Of a stretch of DNA of 64,000 nt, positions 1 to 13,194 are shown in pieces. A program made the translations under genes and the position numbers. The notes below the pieces were generated by a model. That model searched no databases. It saw only the letters and a program-made list of their open reading frames with translations, and was not told the DNA's origin. The DNA lies in contig OX597817.1 of the NCBI GenBank assembly GCA_951406725.2, positions 38,130,001-38,194,000 on the forward strand, in the 5' to 3' direction. The stretch's first letter is position 1; the number at the start of each line of letters is the position of its first letter. Source of the DNA: Octopus vulgaris (Eukaryota).

Positions 1-1257
1 TAAATCTTTAAGAGGTCACGCCCTTCTATGGACTGTGTCTTCGTTTCCGGACAGTAAATTTACGCACATCTTTCATCTCCTATCACTAGATTTCAGCAGA
101 TCAGAATAGGCTCATTCCCTACAATGTTTAATTAAATACACTACCCTTTTCACTTGTTGCTTAAGTAAACTTTTTGACATATTCCAGCACAGTTGAAACT
201 ACTGTGGTCGTTAATACTCTAATCTTGTTCGATGTCCATCACTAAATTTTAAAGGTTATTTACTTTGTTACATAATCTCTGAAGAATCGACAATGTAATT
301 ATGAGATTTTTTCTTCATAAAACGGAAACTATTGTTAATGAAATATGTGTAAGATGATGTAACTTTACTTTATGAACAAACACGCCAGTTTTGCATTTTT
401 TGTGTGTGTATGTGCGTATATGTATGCACATATATATACACGTATTTGTGTGTACCACTGCAATGCATACATACACATAGACACATATTTTTATGCATAT
501 GTGGATATTTTGGAATTGTGTATACGCCAGCTTCGTGCGTGTTTGTGCGTGCGTATTTGATTGTATTTATAAATATTGGGATATGTGTGTGTATTTGTGT
601 GTGTGAAAGTTTGATTGTGTATGAGTCTATATATGCAGCCAAAACTACGTACATATTAGAATACTTTCATGATGTTTGCGTATGTCTACATATTGCATAT
701 TTATATGTATTCAGTTATTTAAGGACTGTGTATAGAGGGGGATCTGTGGGATATGTGATGCTTGCATTCAGCCGTCAGTTTTGAATATTTGCATTTTCAT
801 TAATAACATACACATTTACACTGTCTTCGTCATCGTCATCGTCATCATCAGTAGCATCCCAATCAGTGTCATTATTCTTCCCTCCTCTTACTCCTCCTCC
901 TTATAATCATCATCATCATCGTCGTCGTAGTCATCATCCACACCATCGTTGTCGTTGTCATCGTCGCTGCCTTTATCATCGTAATCGACGTCGTCATAGT
1001 TATTATCATCATTTCATTATCAGCATTGCCCTCATCATTGTTGTCATTGTTGCCGTCATCATCTTCATCATCGTCTGCAACAACAACAACAAATAAGCTT
1101 TTCATTTTGCAGTTTATGAGTGATGTTTCTCATTCATTATTTTTTTGTATGCAGGTACGTGCGCGAGCGCGTCTATAGACGTGTATAGGTGTGTATGTGT
1201 ATGTGTATGCCTGTTGTGTGAGCATGTAAATACGCATGTGTGTGAGTGTGCATACGA

Positions 1258-1301
<44 letters not shown>

Positions 1302-2121
1302 ACGTGAAGATGTGAAATGACGTACATATCGGTTGTTCAAACATTGTCGACGCAATGAATGATGGGAGAATATATCTCTCAATGGACGTCAAACTATAAA
1401 CATAGTCAACCGCCATTATCCACCCGATAGCCCCCCCCCTTCTCACTGTCACTTTCACTTTCTCTCTCTCTCTCTCTCCCTCTGTTGCTCTCTCACTCTC
1501 TCTCTCCCCTTCTCTCTCTCTCTCTCACTCTCTCTCTCTCTCTCTCTCCCTCTCTCTGAGACATACATTAACGCACAATCATACTCACGCGCAGTCTTGA
1601 AAGCGCATACACAGTCGTGCATTCGCATGCATATGCACGCACGCATACATACACATGCACGAACACTTTTTTCTAGCAGTCGAATTGTTTTGGCAAACAT
1701 GCATAGCAAGCAATTTGTGTGATACGAAGGTGATTAGTTTGACAGTGGCAATGACGACGACGAAGACGACAAAGACGATGATGATTATGATGACATTGTG
1801 ACGATGATGATGATGATGGTGATGGTGACAGTAGTAGCGACAGAGGTGGTGCAGGCGATGTGTTGTTGTTGTTGTTGTTGTTGTTAGTGGTGGTGCAGGT
1901 GACTATGGCGGTAGTGGTGGTGGTGGTGGTGTTTGGTTGACGCTGATGACGCCCAGTTGAGTGCGCGTGTAGCAACTCGTGTGTGATAACTGGGACTGAA
2001 ACTTGGAGTTGCGGCGGCGTGTGTACAGAAATGTTCGCGGCGTGTGTGTATGTGTGTACACACGCACAACGCGTCGCGCGCGCACACATACACACACACA
2101 CATACACACATATCTATCTAC

Positions 2122-2180
<59 letters not shown>

Positions 2181-2213
2181 CCTACCTACCTATCTATCTA
2201 TCTATATATTTAT

Positions 2214-2300
<87 letters not shown>

Positions 2301-2768
2301 CATATATACATATATACAGGTACATATGCACCATTATCATCATCGTCATCACCACACAATATTTGTGAAATGAGGGTTTCTGGGATTGCTTCATCAAATC
2401 TCATGAATTTCCCAATTTTCAATGAGTTAAATTTGCCGTCATTTTTATCATTCTTTTTCTTTTTCTTTTGTTTTAAAACTATTTGTTGTTGTTGTTGTTG
2501 TTGTTTCCTTTTTTGTATTCCTTCTTCCTTTTTTTTTTTTTGCTTTTGTTCTTTCTTTTCGACTTTTGCTTTTCTTTTTTTTTTTTCTTTTGCTTCTTTT
2601 TTTTTTGTCGTTGCTTGCTTCTTTCTTGCTTTCTTTTATACATAAAACAACTATCAACAAATAATATCAAAAGCAAACGTCATTTACAATATCAACATAG
2701 TAACCCGGATATTGCACTTGTTGCGTGCGCGCGCGCGTGTATGAATGCTTGTGTGTATGAACGTGTGT

Positions 2769-2814
<46 letters not shown>

Positions 2815-3357
2815 CTTTGCGTGCGTGCGCGCGCGGTTTACATTTGATTTACCGAATGATAACAAATTATTTCATTACTAATGCGTGAGATAAATGTGCC
2901 GAAAGAGAAAGAGAGGAGAAGAGGCAAAGGAAGAGAGAGAGAGAGAGAAAGAAAGAGAAAGCCGGAGCGAGAGAGTGGGGGGAAGAGAGATGAATGAGCA
3001 TAAGTGCGCATTAGCAGACTTCAACTGTTGCATGCTTGCGCAGTAAGAACGCATTTGTATTGTTGTTGCTGTTGCTGGTTTCATTGTAGTTGTTGTTGTT
3101 GTTATTTATTACCCACCACCATCGCCATCATTACCACCACCACCACTACTCTGTTATACTATTGTTGTGAGCATTCATACCGAATCGAGCATATAAGCAT
3201 CTTTATGCATACATATATTCATACTTACATTCAAACACAGACAGAGAGAGAGAGTCACACATACATATACACACACAAAGAGGCTGTATACAAACACACA
3301 CACACACACAACATATATATAAATATATAAATAATACACACACACACACACACACAC

Positions 3358-3411
<54 letters not shown>

Positions 3412-3451
3412 ACATATATATATACATATATATACATATACATATATATAC

Positions 3452-3511
<60 letters not shown>

Positions 3512-4320
3512 TCATATAATATGTACAAGCATCATTGATGCCTCCTATATTCCTATATAAATGACAACGACTAAAGAAGTATGAGCAATATACAAAGGAG
3601 GGCTTTTCTTTATGTGAAAACGCTTCAGAATCTATATGGACTGTGTAAGAGCAGATGTTAGAAGTAGTACAGAAAAATGGAGGTGTTTTTGTTTATTTAT
3701 TGGTTGATTTTTGTTTTTAGCTTTTTTAATTATTATTTTGTCTTCTATATTTATGGGGTTTTTTTTGTCCTATATTTTTGAATCATGTAAGGAACCTGTA
3801 AGTACCTCTCGCAAGAAGTGAACCAAGTTGCACAACGTAACTAGAGTTTATAATAATTGTCACAGATTATAAATTTCCAGCAAATCTTAGTTAATGGTTG
3901 AAAATATAACATCATGAATTTTTGCTTCTAACATATATTCAGAAAGCCATACAATGTTGATATCTTTTTATATTTTCCGGAGGAGGCTGGGTTACAAATG
4001 GTCCTAGTATTTGACTAGTGTTTACTATATCAATCCCACAAAGAGGAAAAGCGAAAATTGATCGTAGCAGGATTAAAACACAGAACCTAAAGGGACGACT
4101 TACACAATCACCCTTACCGCTACTGCATATCGAATGGGGTTTTTTTTTTGTATAAACTCAAATAAGGGAACATAGTAAAGTTGATTTTAATCGAGCCTAA
4201 AACTTGACTGAGGGAGGTGGTGAAACTCAAAGTTTATCTCCGCAGAATTTGAACTCATAATGTAAAAGAACGTAACTTGATATCACAAAATATTTGTGCG
4301 TCGCGCTGCCAATTCTTTGC

Positions 4321-4672
4321 TTGTATACATCATAAGAATTTGGAAACTTCATGAGATATAAAACATGTTTAACGGTGGAACCCGAAGTAGATAAAGCTAC
4401 GAATAACAGTGCGTAGAAAATTGGGCTAAAGAAAAAAGAAAAACAAGGCTGCTCCTGAAACTAAATCATATTTTCTGTAAACATGATGTCCTAACCCTTA
4501 TACCAAAGCAACTCTTCGAATTTTTTCCCGGGAAGCCATCGACTTTTTTGTATCCAAGGAGTTCTAAAATCCAGTATTCTAAATGTTATTATCTATAGCT
4601 TTATCTACTTCGAGATCCACTGTTAGGTTCATTTCATACCTCAAAGTTTCTAAATTCTTGTAATGTAAACAA
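4321..4672. mobile_element. Old fold-back/MITE-like element with ~100-bp imperfect inverted arms (4321-4423 vs 4571-4672)
   Basis: Left arm ttgtatacatcataagaatttggaaac...cgaagtagataaagcta matches the reverse complement of tagctttatctacttcga...gtttctaaattcttgtaatgtaaacaa. Related pieces lie at ~4790-4880 and ~41640-41800. Confidence 0.6.
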
Positions 4673-5799
4673 CATACAATTCTCGTTGGTACTAGCTGAG
4701 TTTTTAGAATGGACAGAGAGAATTCGGAGGGCAACTTTCGTATAACATTAGACTGTTTGTCATGTTAACTGAAGATGTGGCTTCGAGTTCCACGGACAGC
4801 CTTCGAACTCTTTTCTACCCCAGGGTTTTTCAATCCAATATTCTACATACTATTAGTTATAGCTTAATCAACCGTTAAAAATCGTTTACGCTGTATAACT
4901 GATATGACAAGACCTCTCCAGAAAATGCTTATAAACTGCAAAATTGTAACACTTTTTAATATTCAAGTGTGGATGTAGATACAAAGGGCAAGTGGAAAGG
5001 TATCTAGCGCGAATAAAAACCAGAGGTAATCGAGCACGCGTTTTCTAATTATTTACTAAATGCACTAAAGATGCAACTTTTCCTGTTTGACTCGCTTTCA
5101 TGAGTCCTGCATATGACAGAGGCTCCAATCTCACCAATGTTCTTTTCTGTGAGTAACCTCATTTAAAATGGCCTTCCTGTCTACAACCTCATTACGCACA
5201 TCTCATTTTCTTTATCTCTACGGCCCCATACAATATATAGTTTTAATTTACAATCTTACCTAATATATTCTTCCTGCCTATAATCTAGTATTAATATATA
5301 AACGTGTTTTACAATCAACCATAGAATATTTCCCTTAAAAATAACATAAACATATATTTGTCTGTTAATTTCTGAATCATAGAACTGAATATGGTTGAGA
5401 GTATCTGTAGACGATATATATGAGGTTAAAATATGTACAGACTGTTATAGATATGTGTGATGTAATTGTTCTGGATCGATTCAAGCAATCCAAGTTGTTA
5501 CTTAAAATTGGAAAAACAAAGAGTGCTGATAAAATATTTAAAAGAGAAATATTGTAAATGCAATAAAGTTCAAACATTATTAAATAATAGATATTAATTA
5601 GTCCCATAAACAAGTAACATCACATTCGCAGCATTTCACCATTCTACAGACATAGCTCTTCAAAACTATTTCACCCTTATATCAAGTACCTAGAACCTTG
5701 ACTCTAAAATAATAGACTAAAGTAACACCTACAAAATCTCTCACCTCCCTATTTACTAGCAACACCAAACAAAATGAAAGACAATCAGCCAGCCAGCCA

Positions 5800-6960
5800 T
5801 ACATCCTATTCCTCTCCGAGACACAAATCTCTCAATCTTTACCTATAATTCATCTTTGCAGTCCGGGTTTATACTCGTTACTCATATTTGGGTCTCAAAG
5901 ATGTCTGCACATACACAGATTCAATTTTCTCTATCAGTAACCTTTTTCTCACTTAGATATAAGTAATAAAGACTTCTAGTAACTCTGGCTCAAAGTCTTC
6001 TTTCCCCAACTCCTTCAAATACATTTGCATCGTCTGTCATTCTCCAAACTTCTCCAGCCACCAAGATCTCTTTGATAATATCTCTTCTTGCACCGAATAT
6101 ATCTATCTCATTTCACTCGTCTTCAAGGTCATCACTGTCAGTGACTTCTATGCTCATAAAATTTCTTCACTCTCACAGTCATCTCATACAAATGCCGTTG
6201 GTTAGGAAACCAAATCTTTCATTATCCTCAGCTTTTTTACATCAACACCTTTTATCCCTTACACATCTCTGACAAACACATTTTTACATCAACACCTTTT
6301 ATCCCTTACACATCTCTGACAAACACATTTGACCTCTTTCTTAACCCAAAACCAAACCTTTGTCGGACCTTAACTGTCTCTGCACCTATCAAGTCACCCA
6401 ACCACTACCTAATCACTACACACCCACAAACCACACAACGCTACTGACCATGTGGTATTTCAAGTTTACTAACCGGTTAAAATTCTGCCTTTTTATGCTA
6501 ACTATTCATAGCATCACATGATCTGACCTATTAGAGATAGCTGAGTTAATGGTTAAAACAATCATCTTACGATGTCCATCAACATCCAACACACAAACAA
6601 AACTCACATCATATAATCTCCCAAATACTTCATTCGTAACTGCACTGCAGCAGTTCACATAAAAGACACTATCCACAATATTCAGAAAAATCTTCTACCC
6701 TACAAAACAGACAATATTTCTTGGAAGATCCTTATATGAATCGCGAAGAGTGCTTCTCTTCGCTGCATAATTCGCAAGCCCTTCCGTTACTCAAAATTAT
6801 TCAGTTGCTGCATCCAATTCCACACTAAATACACTATGTTAATCTACTCCCAAACTATTCATTTCCACTCCACCAGGTGACCACCACCATGTACACATAC
6901 AGGCCAAGGACAAAAGCGCTATTGGCCGCTTCAAAAAAGAAAACAGTGGTCTTGACAGCA
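5800..6960 (+). pseudogene. Decayed non-LTR retrotransposon ORF2, AP-endonuclease region (CR1/Jockey/I-like)
   Basis: Manual translation gives YICIVCHSPN..HQDLFDNISS..ITVSDFYAH..TNAVG..NTFDLFL..VSAPIKSPNHYLI. This parallels the APE motifs YxSPN, GDFNAH, LDLFLT and SDH. Stops and frameshifts are present. Confidence 0.65.
6234..6327 (+). repeat. Perfect 47-bp tandem duplication inside the LINE relic
   Basis: tttttacatcaacaccttttatcccttacacatctctgacaaacaca occurs at 6234-6280 and again at 6281-6327. Confidence 0.95.
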
Positions 6961-6998
6961 TCCCTTCCCTTAAATCTCACTCTTATTTCTATGTCCAC

Positions 6999-7207
<209 letters not shown>

Positions 7208-8480
7208 TACAAAGCTATTTGCTGATGTTCGAGATCACACAGTCTTCCAATCGCAATATAGGGATTTGAACACATTATAGAATGATATTGCGATAGGACA
7301 ATAGTTGGCAGGGTCAAGAGCGCAACCTTTTCTGATCCTGCCAACTTGTTTCCTATTGCAATCACTTTCAACATAGCAGATGTGATGGAAACGGTCAGGA
7401 ACAACTTTTAGAGGTTCTCTAAAAAGGCGGGTGTAAGGTCAGTGTTCATCACTATCTTACAGATCCTTCAAGATTGGCGACAAGACAATCAGTGCTGACC
7501 GACTGTTTGTAGCTTCCTAACTGTCAGGAGAAAGGACAGCATCCATCTACCTTTCCTGGTTTCCTGTCACTGACTAAGTACCGGCACGGACTGAGATCTT
7601 TTCAGCTTCCTCGTAAAAGTTTAGAAGGGTGAAAGCTGTCCTCAGATCATTTATTTCACCCAAATTCTAGCAACAAGATGGACTCCGCTAAGATCTTCCA
7701 CATGCCAGGTGTCATGAGTGACCGTGTAACGAATCAAATCTGCCATTCAGAAACAGGTATGTTCCTCTCAACAGCCTTTCGCACAATTTCTGTCTACCAA
7801 TTTCCTCTAAGAAAGCTTTGAAAGACCTGCGGCTACAACAAAAGATACAGGTAAGTGGCGTTTAGTGGGATAGAACGCGAAACCACGTAGCCCTATAGAG
7901 AATTTTTAGCTACATTTGATACGAGTGTCAGTAGTATGGTCACTGTGTGTTAAAAACCATAATGTTGAGAACCTTAGGAATAGAATATGGGTGTTGAGAT
8001 AGGGAAATGAATAAGGATTCGTGTGTCAAGGAAAATATCATCAAGCGTTATAACATCAATATATTTACAAAGTAGACTCGGGAGTTTAAATGACGAAAAC
8101 TACACTTCAAACATACATACATAACTAATAAAATGTTGGCTTATTAAACAATATTGTATAACAAAGAGATCCAAGTGTTTCAGTCAACATATCATCAAAC
8201 AATAAGTTTTCGTTAGATTAAATTCTAAAGCAAATATAAACGTTTCTTGGTTATATGAAATCATAAACCAGTCTTTGGGGACATAAATAGGGTAAATAGC
8301 AACAAAGGAGCAGAATGAATATGAACTTAGGATTCTAGCATTCTAAAATAGTACACGATGATGGCTCTATTGGGTCACCTACTTGAGAGAAAAACTAGTC
8401 AAACCGTCCTCAAATTACTTCTTGCGTCTTTTGAAATGACATCGACCAGGTTTCAGAATCAGAATTACTACTGAATAGTA

Positions 8481-8686
8481 CTCTTTTACTCTTTTACTTG
8501 TTTCAGTCATTTGACTGTGGCCATGCTGTAGCACCACCTTTAGTCGAGCAAATCGACCCCAGGACTTATTCTTTGTAAGCCTAGTACTTATTCTATCGGT
8601 ATCTTTTGCCGAACCACTAAGTTACGGGGACGTAAACACACCAGCATCGGTTGTCAAGCGATGTTGGGGGGACAAACACAGACACA

Positions 8687-8723
<37 letters not shown>

Positions 8724-8902
8724 ACGTATACATATATACGACGGGCTTCTTTCAGTTTCCACCAACCAAATCCACTCACAAGGCTTTGATCGGCCCGAGG
8801 CTATAGTAGAAGACACTTGCCCAAGGTGCCACGCAGTGGGGCTGAACCCGGAACCATGTGGTTCGTAAGCAAGCTACTTACCACACAGCCACTCCTACGC
8901 CT
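8481..8902 (-). mobile_element. Full-length tRNA-derived SINE, family A (internal CA tract, tail ...TGACTGAAACAAGTAAAAGAG)
   Basis: Minus strand begins AGGCGTAGGAGTGGCTGTGTGGTAAG (A box) ... GGTTCAGCCCC (B-box-like). A near-identical copy is at 49449-49836. Confidence 0.9.
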
Positions 8903-9739
8903 ATAGTTTACATTTATTTCAGAGATTAATGTTGTTGTTGTTGTTTAGGTCCATTTCAGTTTTGATGTAGCAAAACTACGATCAAAAGTTATCCCAATTG
9001 TGACCATCCAGTCTTTTTAGTATTTCAGACGGTGTGTGCAGAACCGTGTCTCTTTTCTGTTTTTTTTTTTTCCGTATTTCATTATTATTTTTAATCTGTT
9101 TTTGGACGGTGCGATATAATGCGAGATATATTTGGCTGCTATTTCTAGCAAGTAGAGCGTTTGTATAAAGACTCTCTAGTTGTTCCATATTGTCTTTGAA
9201 TTGTTGAGATGAGGAATTATACTGATATATTCATGTTGGTGCATTTTGGTCTTTAGGTTCACAACGTGCCAGCAGTTGGACCCAACCCTTCAGATAACTA
9301 TCATACCAGTTTAAATTCTCAGAATTTCAAATTGAACCCCATATTAAATTCACAGAACAGATTATTCTTATTTCGCTGCTCATAACTGATTAGTAATTCT
9401 ATTTGTGATACTGCTAGTTCGTTCTACTAAAAAAAAGGAGTTTTTGACCCAAGTATTAAATTCACATTAACCAGTTAAACTACAGTACTTAACGCGTAAT
9501 TAAAGCTTGTATTAATTATCCCATTAATCAGCATGAACATAAGGTAGTGTAAATTAGAAGCTTAATGACTCTATCTTTTTTTTTAACTAAAGGGACCCCG
9601 CATAGAGACAAACACCAGTTCTTCCCTATGCAAGGCCTAATGAAAATGTTATCGAATATACTGTTTGTTTTTTTTTCAGTCGGATTATATTCAGAGGTTG
9701 TTCCCTAATTATTATCTTGACTGTGTTCCATAGGGATTT

Positions 9740-10550
9740 TCTTCTGCAAGCCCACATTAAGGGATAATACTCAAACTTTGATTCCTATATTTCATAGCGT
9801 GGGAAGCAAAGGATTGTTTGCAGTCAGTAGCATCGAGTAAAATTCGTGATGAATTGGACAGAAACCAACAAGAGGTGATCAGGATTAGAAAGACCCTTCA
9901 GAGTAATAACTACCCTGCAAGCATAGCATCAGCTTCAAAAGGTAGAGATAAAAGGGTCGAAATGGTAAGTAAAAAAGCATATTTTGTCTTACATTAGAGG
10001 CATGCTAGGAAACGATTTCAGATCTGGGGTTCATACTTCAGGTGAGTATTCAAAAATAGGTTAATTTTCTGGGTTTAATCAGAAGGGAACACGACCAAGA
10101 ATTGTATATATTCCATTCGGTGTAATTAATTGTGACAGCGAATATAAAGGTGACTCTAGATCAGTGGTTTTCAACCAGTGTTCCGCGGAACCTTAAGGTT
10201 CCGCCAGTACAGTCCAGGGGTTCCGCAAGAAGTTACAAAACTGCTAAAATCGGCAGTAATTTATAATTCTCCTGTGCAGATATGTGTGCATAAGACTATT
10301 AAATTATTGCACAGGGGTTCCTCGAGCCAGTGGAATGTTTCCTTGGGGTTCCGCTCCAGCAAAAAGTTTGAAAAGCACTGCTCTAGATGAACCCTAAAAG
10401 TAAAGTTAAAGGAATTTGATAGAGTTGCCATCCCCGGAAAACCCGAAAAATCGAGAGTGACAGATGATTTGTGGAAGTAAAAAAAGAAAATCACAAACTT
10501 TTATGGAATAAAGTCAAGATAATAAACGAGGAATAACAGGGTATAATGAG
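9740..10550 (+). pseudogene. Penelope-like element ORF relic (RT thumb plus GIY-YIG endonuclease), interrupted by a hAT MITE
   Basis: KPT... then IRDELDRNQQEVIRIRKTLQSNNYPASI (PLE thumb pattern L..NGYP), then TKNCIYSIRCN-CDSEYKGDSR*TLKVKLKEF (GIY-YIG pattern xIYxIxC..C...YxGxTxR.L..RxxEH). The reading continues across the MITE. Confidence 0.75.
10162..10380. mobile_element. hAT (Charlie/Buster-type) MITE, 219 bp
   Basis: TIRs CAGTGGTTTTCAA / TTGAAAAGCACTG (1 mismatch). Perfect 8-bp TSD CTCTAGAT at 10154-10161 and 10381-10388. Internal GGTTCCGC motifs. Confidence 0.93.
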
Positions 10551-10800
10551 AGGAAGATTTAGTTGCTATTTCTAGCGGGTCGAACGACGCTGTGAGGGTG
10601 AAAAAAGGAACATTGCAAGTGCGTTGCTGCTGCATTTGCCCGTTGCTGCTGTCACTGAAGCATTTGTTGTTGCTACAACAGCTGCAGCAGCAACGAAAGC
10701 AGCTGTAGCAGATTGTGAGCTGTGATTGGTCAGATAGGCAAAGGAGATTATCAGCATATCTTCCTCAGCTGAGATGGTGTTGTAACATCACTAACTGATC

Positions 10801-11095
10801 TATGTATGCATGTATGTATGTATGTATGTATGTATGTATGTATGTATGTATGTATGTATGTATGTATGTATGCATGTATGTCTGCGTGTGTGTATGTATG
10901 TATGTATGTATGTATGTATGTATGTATGTATGTATGTATGTATGCATGTATGTCTGCGTGTGTGTATGTATGTATGTATGTATGTATGTATGTCTGCGTG
11001 TGGGAATGTATGTATGTATGTGTGTATGTCTGCGTGTGTGTATGTATGTATGTGTGTATGCGTGTGTTTACTTGCATGTATGTGTCTTTCTAAAT

Positions 11096-11129
<34 letters not shown>

Positions 11130-11340
11130 GTATACTTGTATATGTGTGTATGTATATAATACATACACACACGCATACATACATACATACATAATACACA
11201 CATATACACATACATACATACATACATACATACATACATACATACATACATACATACATACATACATACATACATACATACATACATACATACATACATA
11301 CATACACACATACATACACACATACATACATACATGCATG
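10801..11340. repeat. (TATG)n higher-order array followed by an opposite-strand (CATA)n array
   Basis: (tatg)n blocks are punctuated by a recurring tatgtctgcgtgtg; the (cata)n block is at ~11175-11335. Confidence 0.95.
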
Positions 11341-11488
11341 TCCTTGTCTTTGATCGCTCAGTTTCTAATTGAGTCTCAGGGTTGCCTCCGTCACATATGG
11401 CGTGTTTTGGATATGTTAAACCTGTTGCAGACCATCTCGCCAAGTTCTCCAGTTCTGACCACAGCCCATATCTTTCAGAGGACGGGGG

Positions 11489-11542
<54 letters not shown>

Positions 11543-11593
11543 AAAAAACAATCGACATGTGTGTGCAGGTGCGCAGAGCTGTATGTCACAGCT

Positions 11594-11626
<33 letters not shown>

Positions 11627-11793
11627 TTACTACTACTACTTCCATATGTTCAATGCTATATATGGCAGTTGTCATTCACAAAATCTCACATTATATGACA
11701 TTCTTCACGCTTATAGTGCCCCACCCACCTTTTGCACACCTAACTCTGTTGTTGTCGGTCGTTGCTACTGTTGTTATTGACAAGATTATTATT

Positions 11794-12278
11794 TGTTTTT
11801 TTTATTACCCACAAGGGGCTAAACATAGAGGGGACAAACAAGGACAGACAAACGGATTAAGTCGTCTGAATCATTCCCAGTGCTTAACTGGTATTTATCC
11901 TATTGAACCTGAAAGGATGAAAGGCAAAGTCGACCTCGGCGTAATTTGAACTCAGAACGTGACGGCAGACGAAATACGGCTACGCATTTCGCCCGGCGTG
12001 CTAACGTTTCTGCCAGCTCGCCGCCCTTTAAAGACAGACGAAATACCTATTTCTTTACTAGCCACAAGGGGCTAAACACAGAGGGGACAAACAAGGACAG
12101 ACAAACGGATTAAGTCGATCACATCGACCCCAGTGCGTAACTGGTACTTATTTAATCGACCCCGAAAGGATGAAAAGCAAAGTCGACCTCGGCGGAATTT
12201 GAACTCAGAACGTAGCGGCAGACGAAATACGGCTACGCATTTCGCCCGGCGTGCTCACGGTTCTGCCAGCTCACCGCC
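11794..12278 (-). mobile_element. Head-to-tail dimer of SINE family B (tRNA-like head, Nin/Deu-like central domain)
   Basis: Two copies (~11794-12026 and ~12044-12278) share GCCGAGGTCGACTTTGCCTTTCATCCTTTC (minus strand). One 17-bp TSD, TTGACAAGATTATTATT, flanks the pair at 11777-11793 and 12279-12295. Confidence 0.9.
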
Positions 12279-12374
12279 TTGACAAGATTATTATTGTTTT
12301 CGTTGTCGTACTTGTTGCTGTTGTTGGTTCATCGTTGTTGTCACCGCCACCGCCGCTGTCGATGTTGTCACTAA

Positions 12375-12592
12375 TTGTTGGCAGAATCGTTTAGCACACC
12401 GAACAAAATGCATAGTCACATTTCGTCCGTCTCTATTATGTACTGAGTTCAAATTCTGTTGTCGCCGCCGACTTTTACCTTTCATTTTTTTTCGGGGTCG
12501 GTAAAATAAGTACCAGCTGGGTACGGGGGTCGATGTAATCGACTTACGCAACATTTCAGGCTTTGTGCCTTGCGCCAGTAGAAAAGATTATT
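12375..12592 (+). mobile_element. Diverged SINE family B copy
   Basis: tggcagaatcgttagcac...ctgagttcaaattc...ggggtcggtaaaataagtaccag...gtcgatgtaatcgactta. Confidence 0.8.
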
Positions 12593-12681
12593 AATTGCCG
12601 TAGAGATATTGTTTTACTTTGCTTGATGTGCATTCCTCCTACTTCTCCTCCTCATCTTCTTTGTTATTCTTCGACTTAAAG

Positions 12682-13090
12682 TTCTTCTTCTTCTTCTTCT
12701 TCTTCTTCTTCTTCTTCTTCTTCTTCTTCTTCTTCTTCTTCTTCTTCTTCTTCTTCTTCCTCCTCATCCTCCTCCTCCTTCTTCTTCTCCTCCTCCTCCT
12801 CCTCCTCCTTCTTCTTCTTCTTCTTCTTCTCCTTCTTCTTCTTCTTCTTCTTCCTTCTCCTCCTTCTCCTTCTTCTTCTTCTTCTTCTTCTTCCTCCTCT
12901 TCTTCTTCTTCTTCTTCTTCTTCTTCTTCTTCTTCCTCCTCCTCATTCTCCTCCTTCTTCTTCTCCTCCTCCTCCTCCTTCTTCTTCTTCTTCTTCTTCT
13001 CCTTCTTCTTCTTCTTCTTCTTCCTCCTCTTCTTCTTCTTCTTCTTCTTCTTCTTCTTCTTCTTCTTCTTCTTCTTCTTCTTCTTCTTCT
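12682..13090. repeat. ~400-bp near-pure polypyrimidine (TTC/CTC)n tract
   Basis: Direct reading; essentially only C and T on the + strand. Confidence 0.97.
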
Positions 13091-13194
13091 GCTGCTGCTG
13101 CGGCTGCTGTAGTTGTTGTTGCTGTTGTAGTTCTTATACCTCCGGCGACATTTTATATCTCATTGTTGTTGTTGTTATCATTGTTCTTCCTATC

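Noticed and set aside
10810-11949. 379-aa ORF, the longest in the track
   Set aside because: Made of (TATG)n, (CATA)n, (GA)n, (ACT)n and an antisense SINE.
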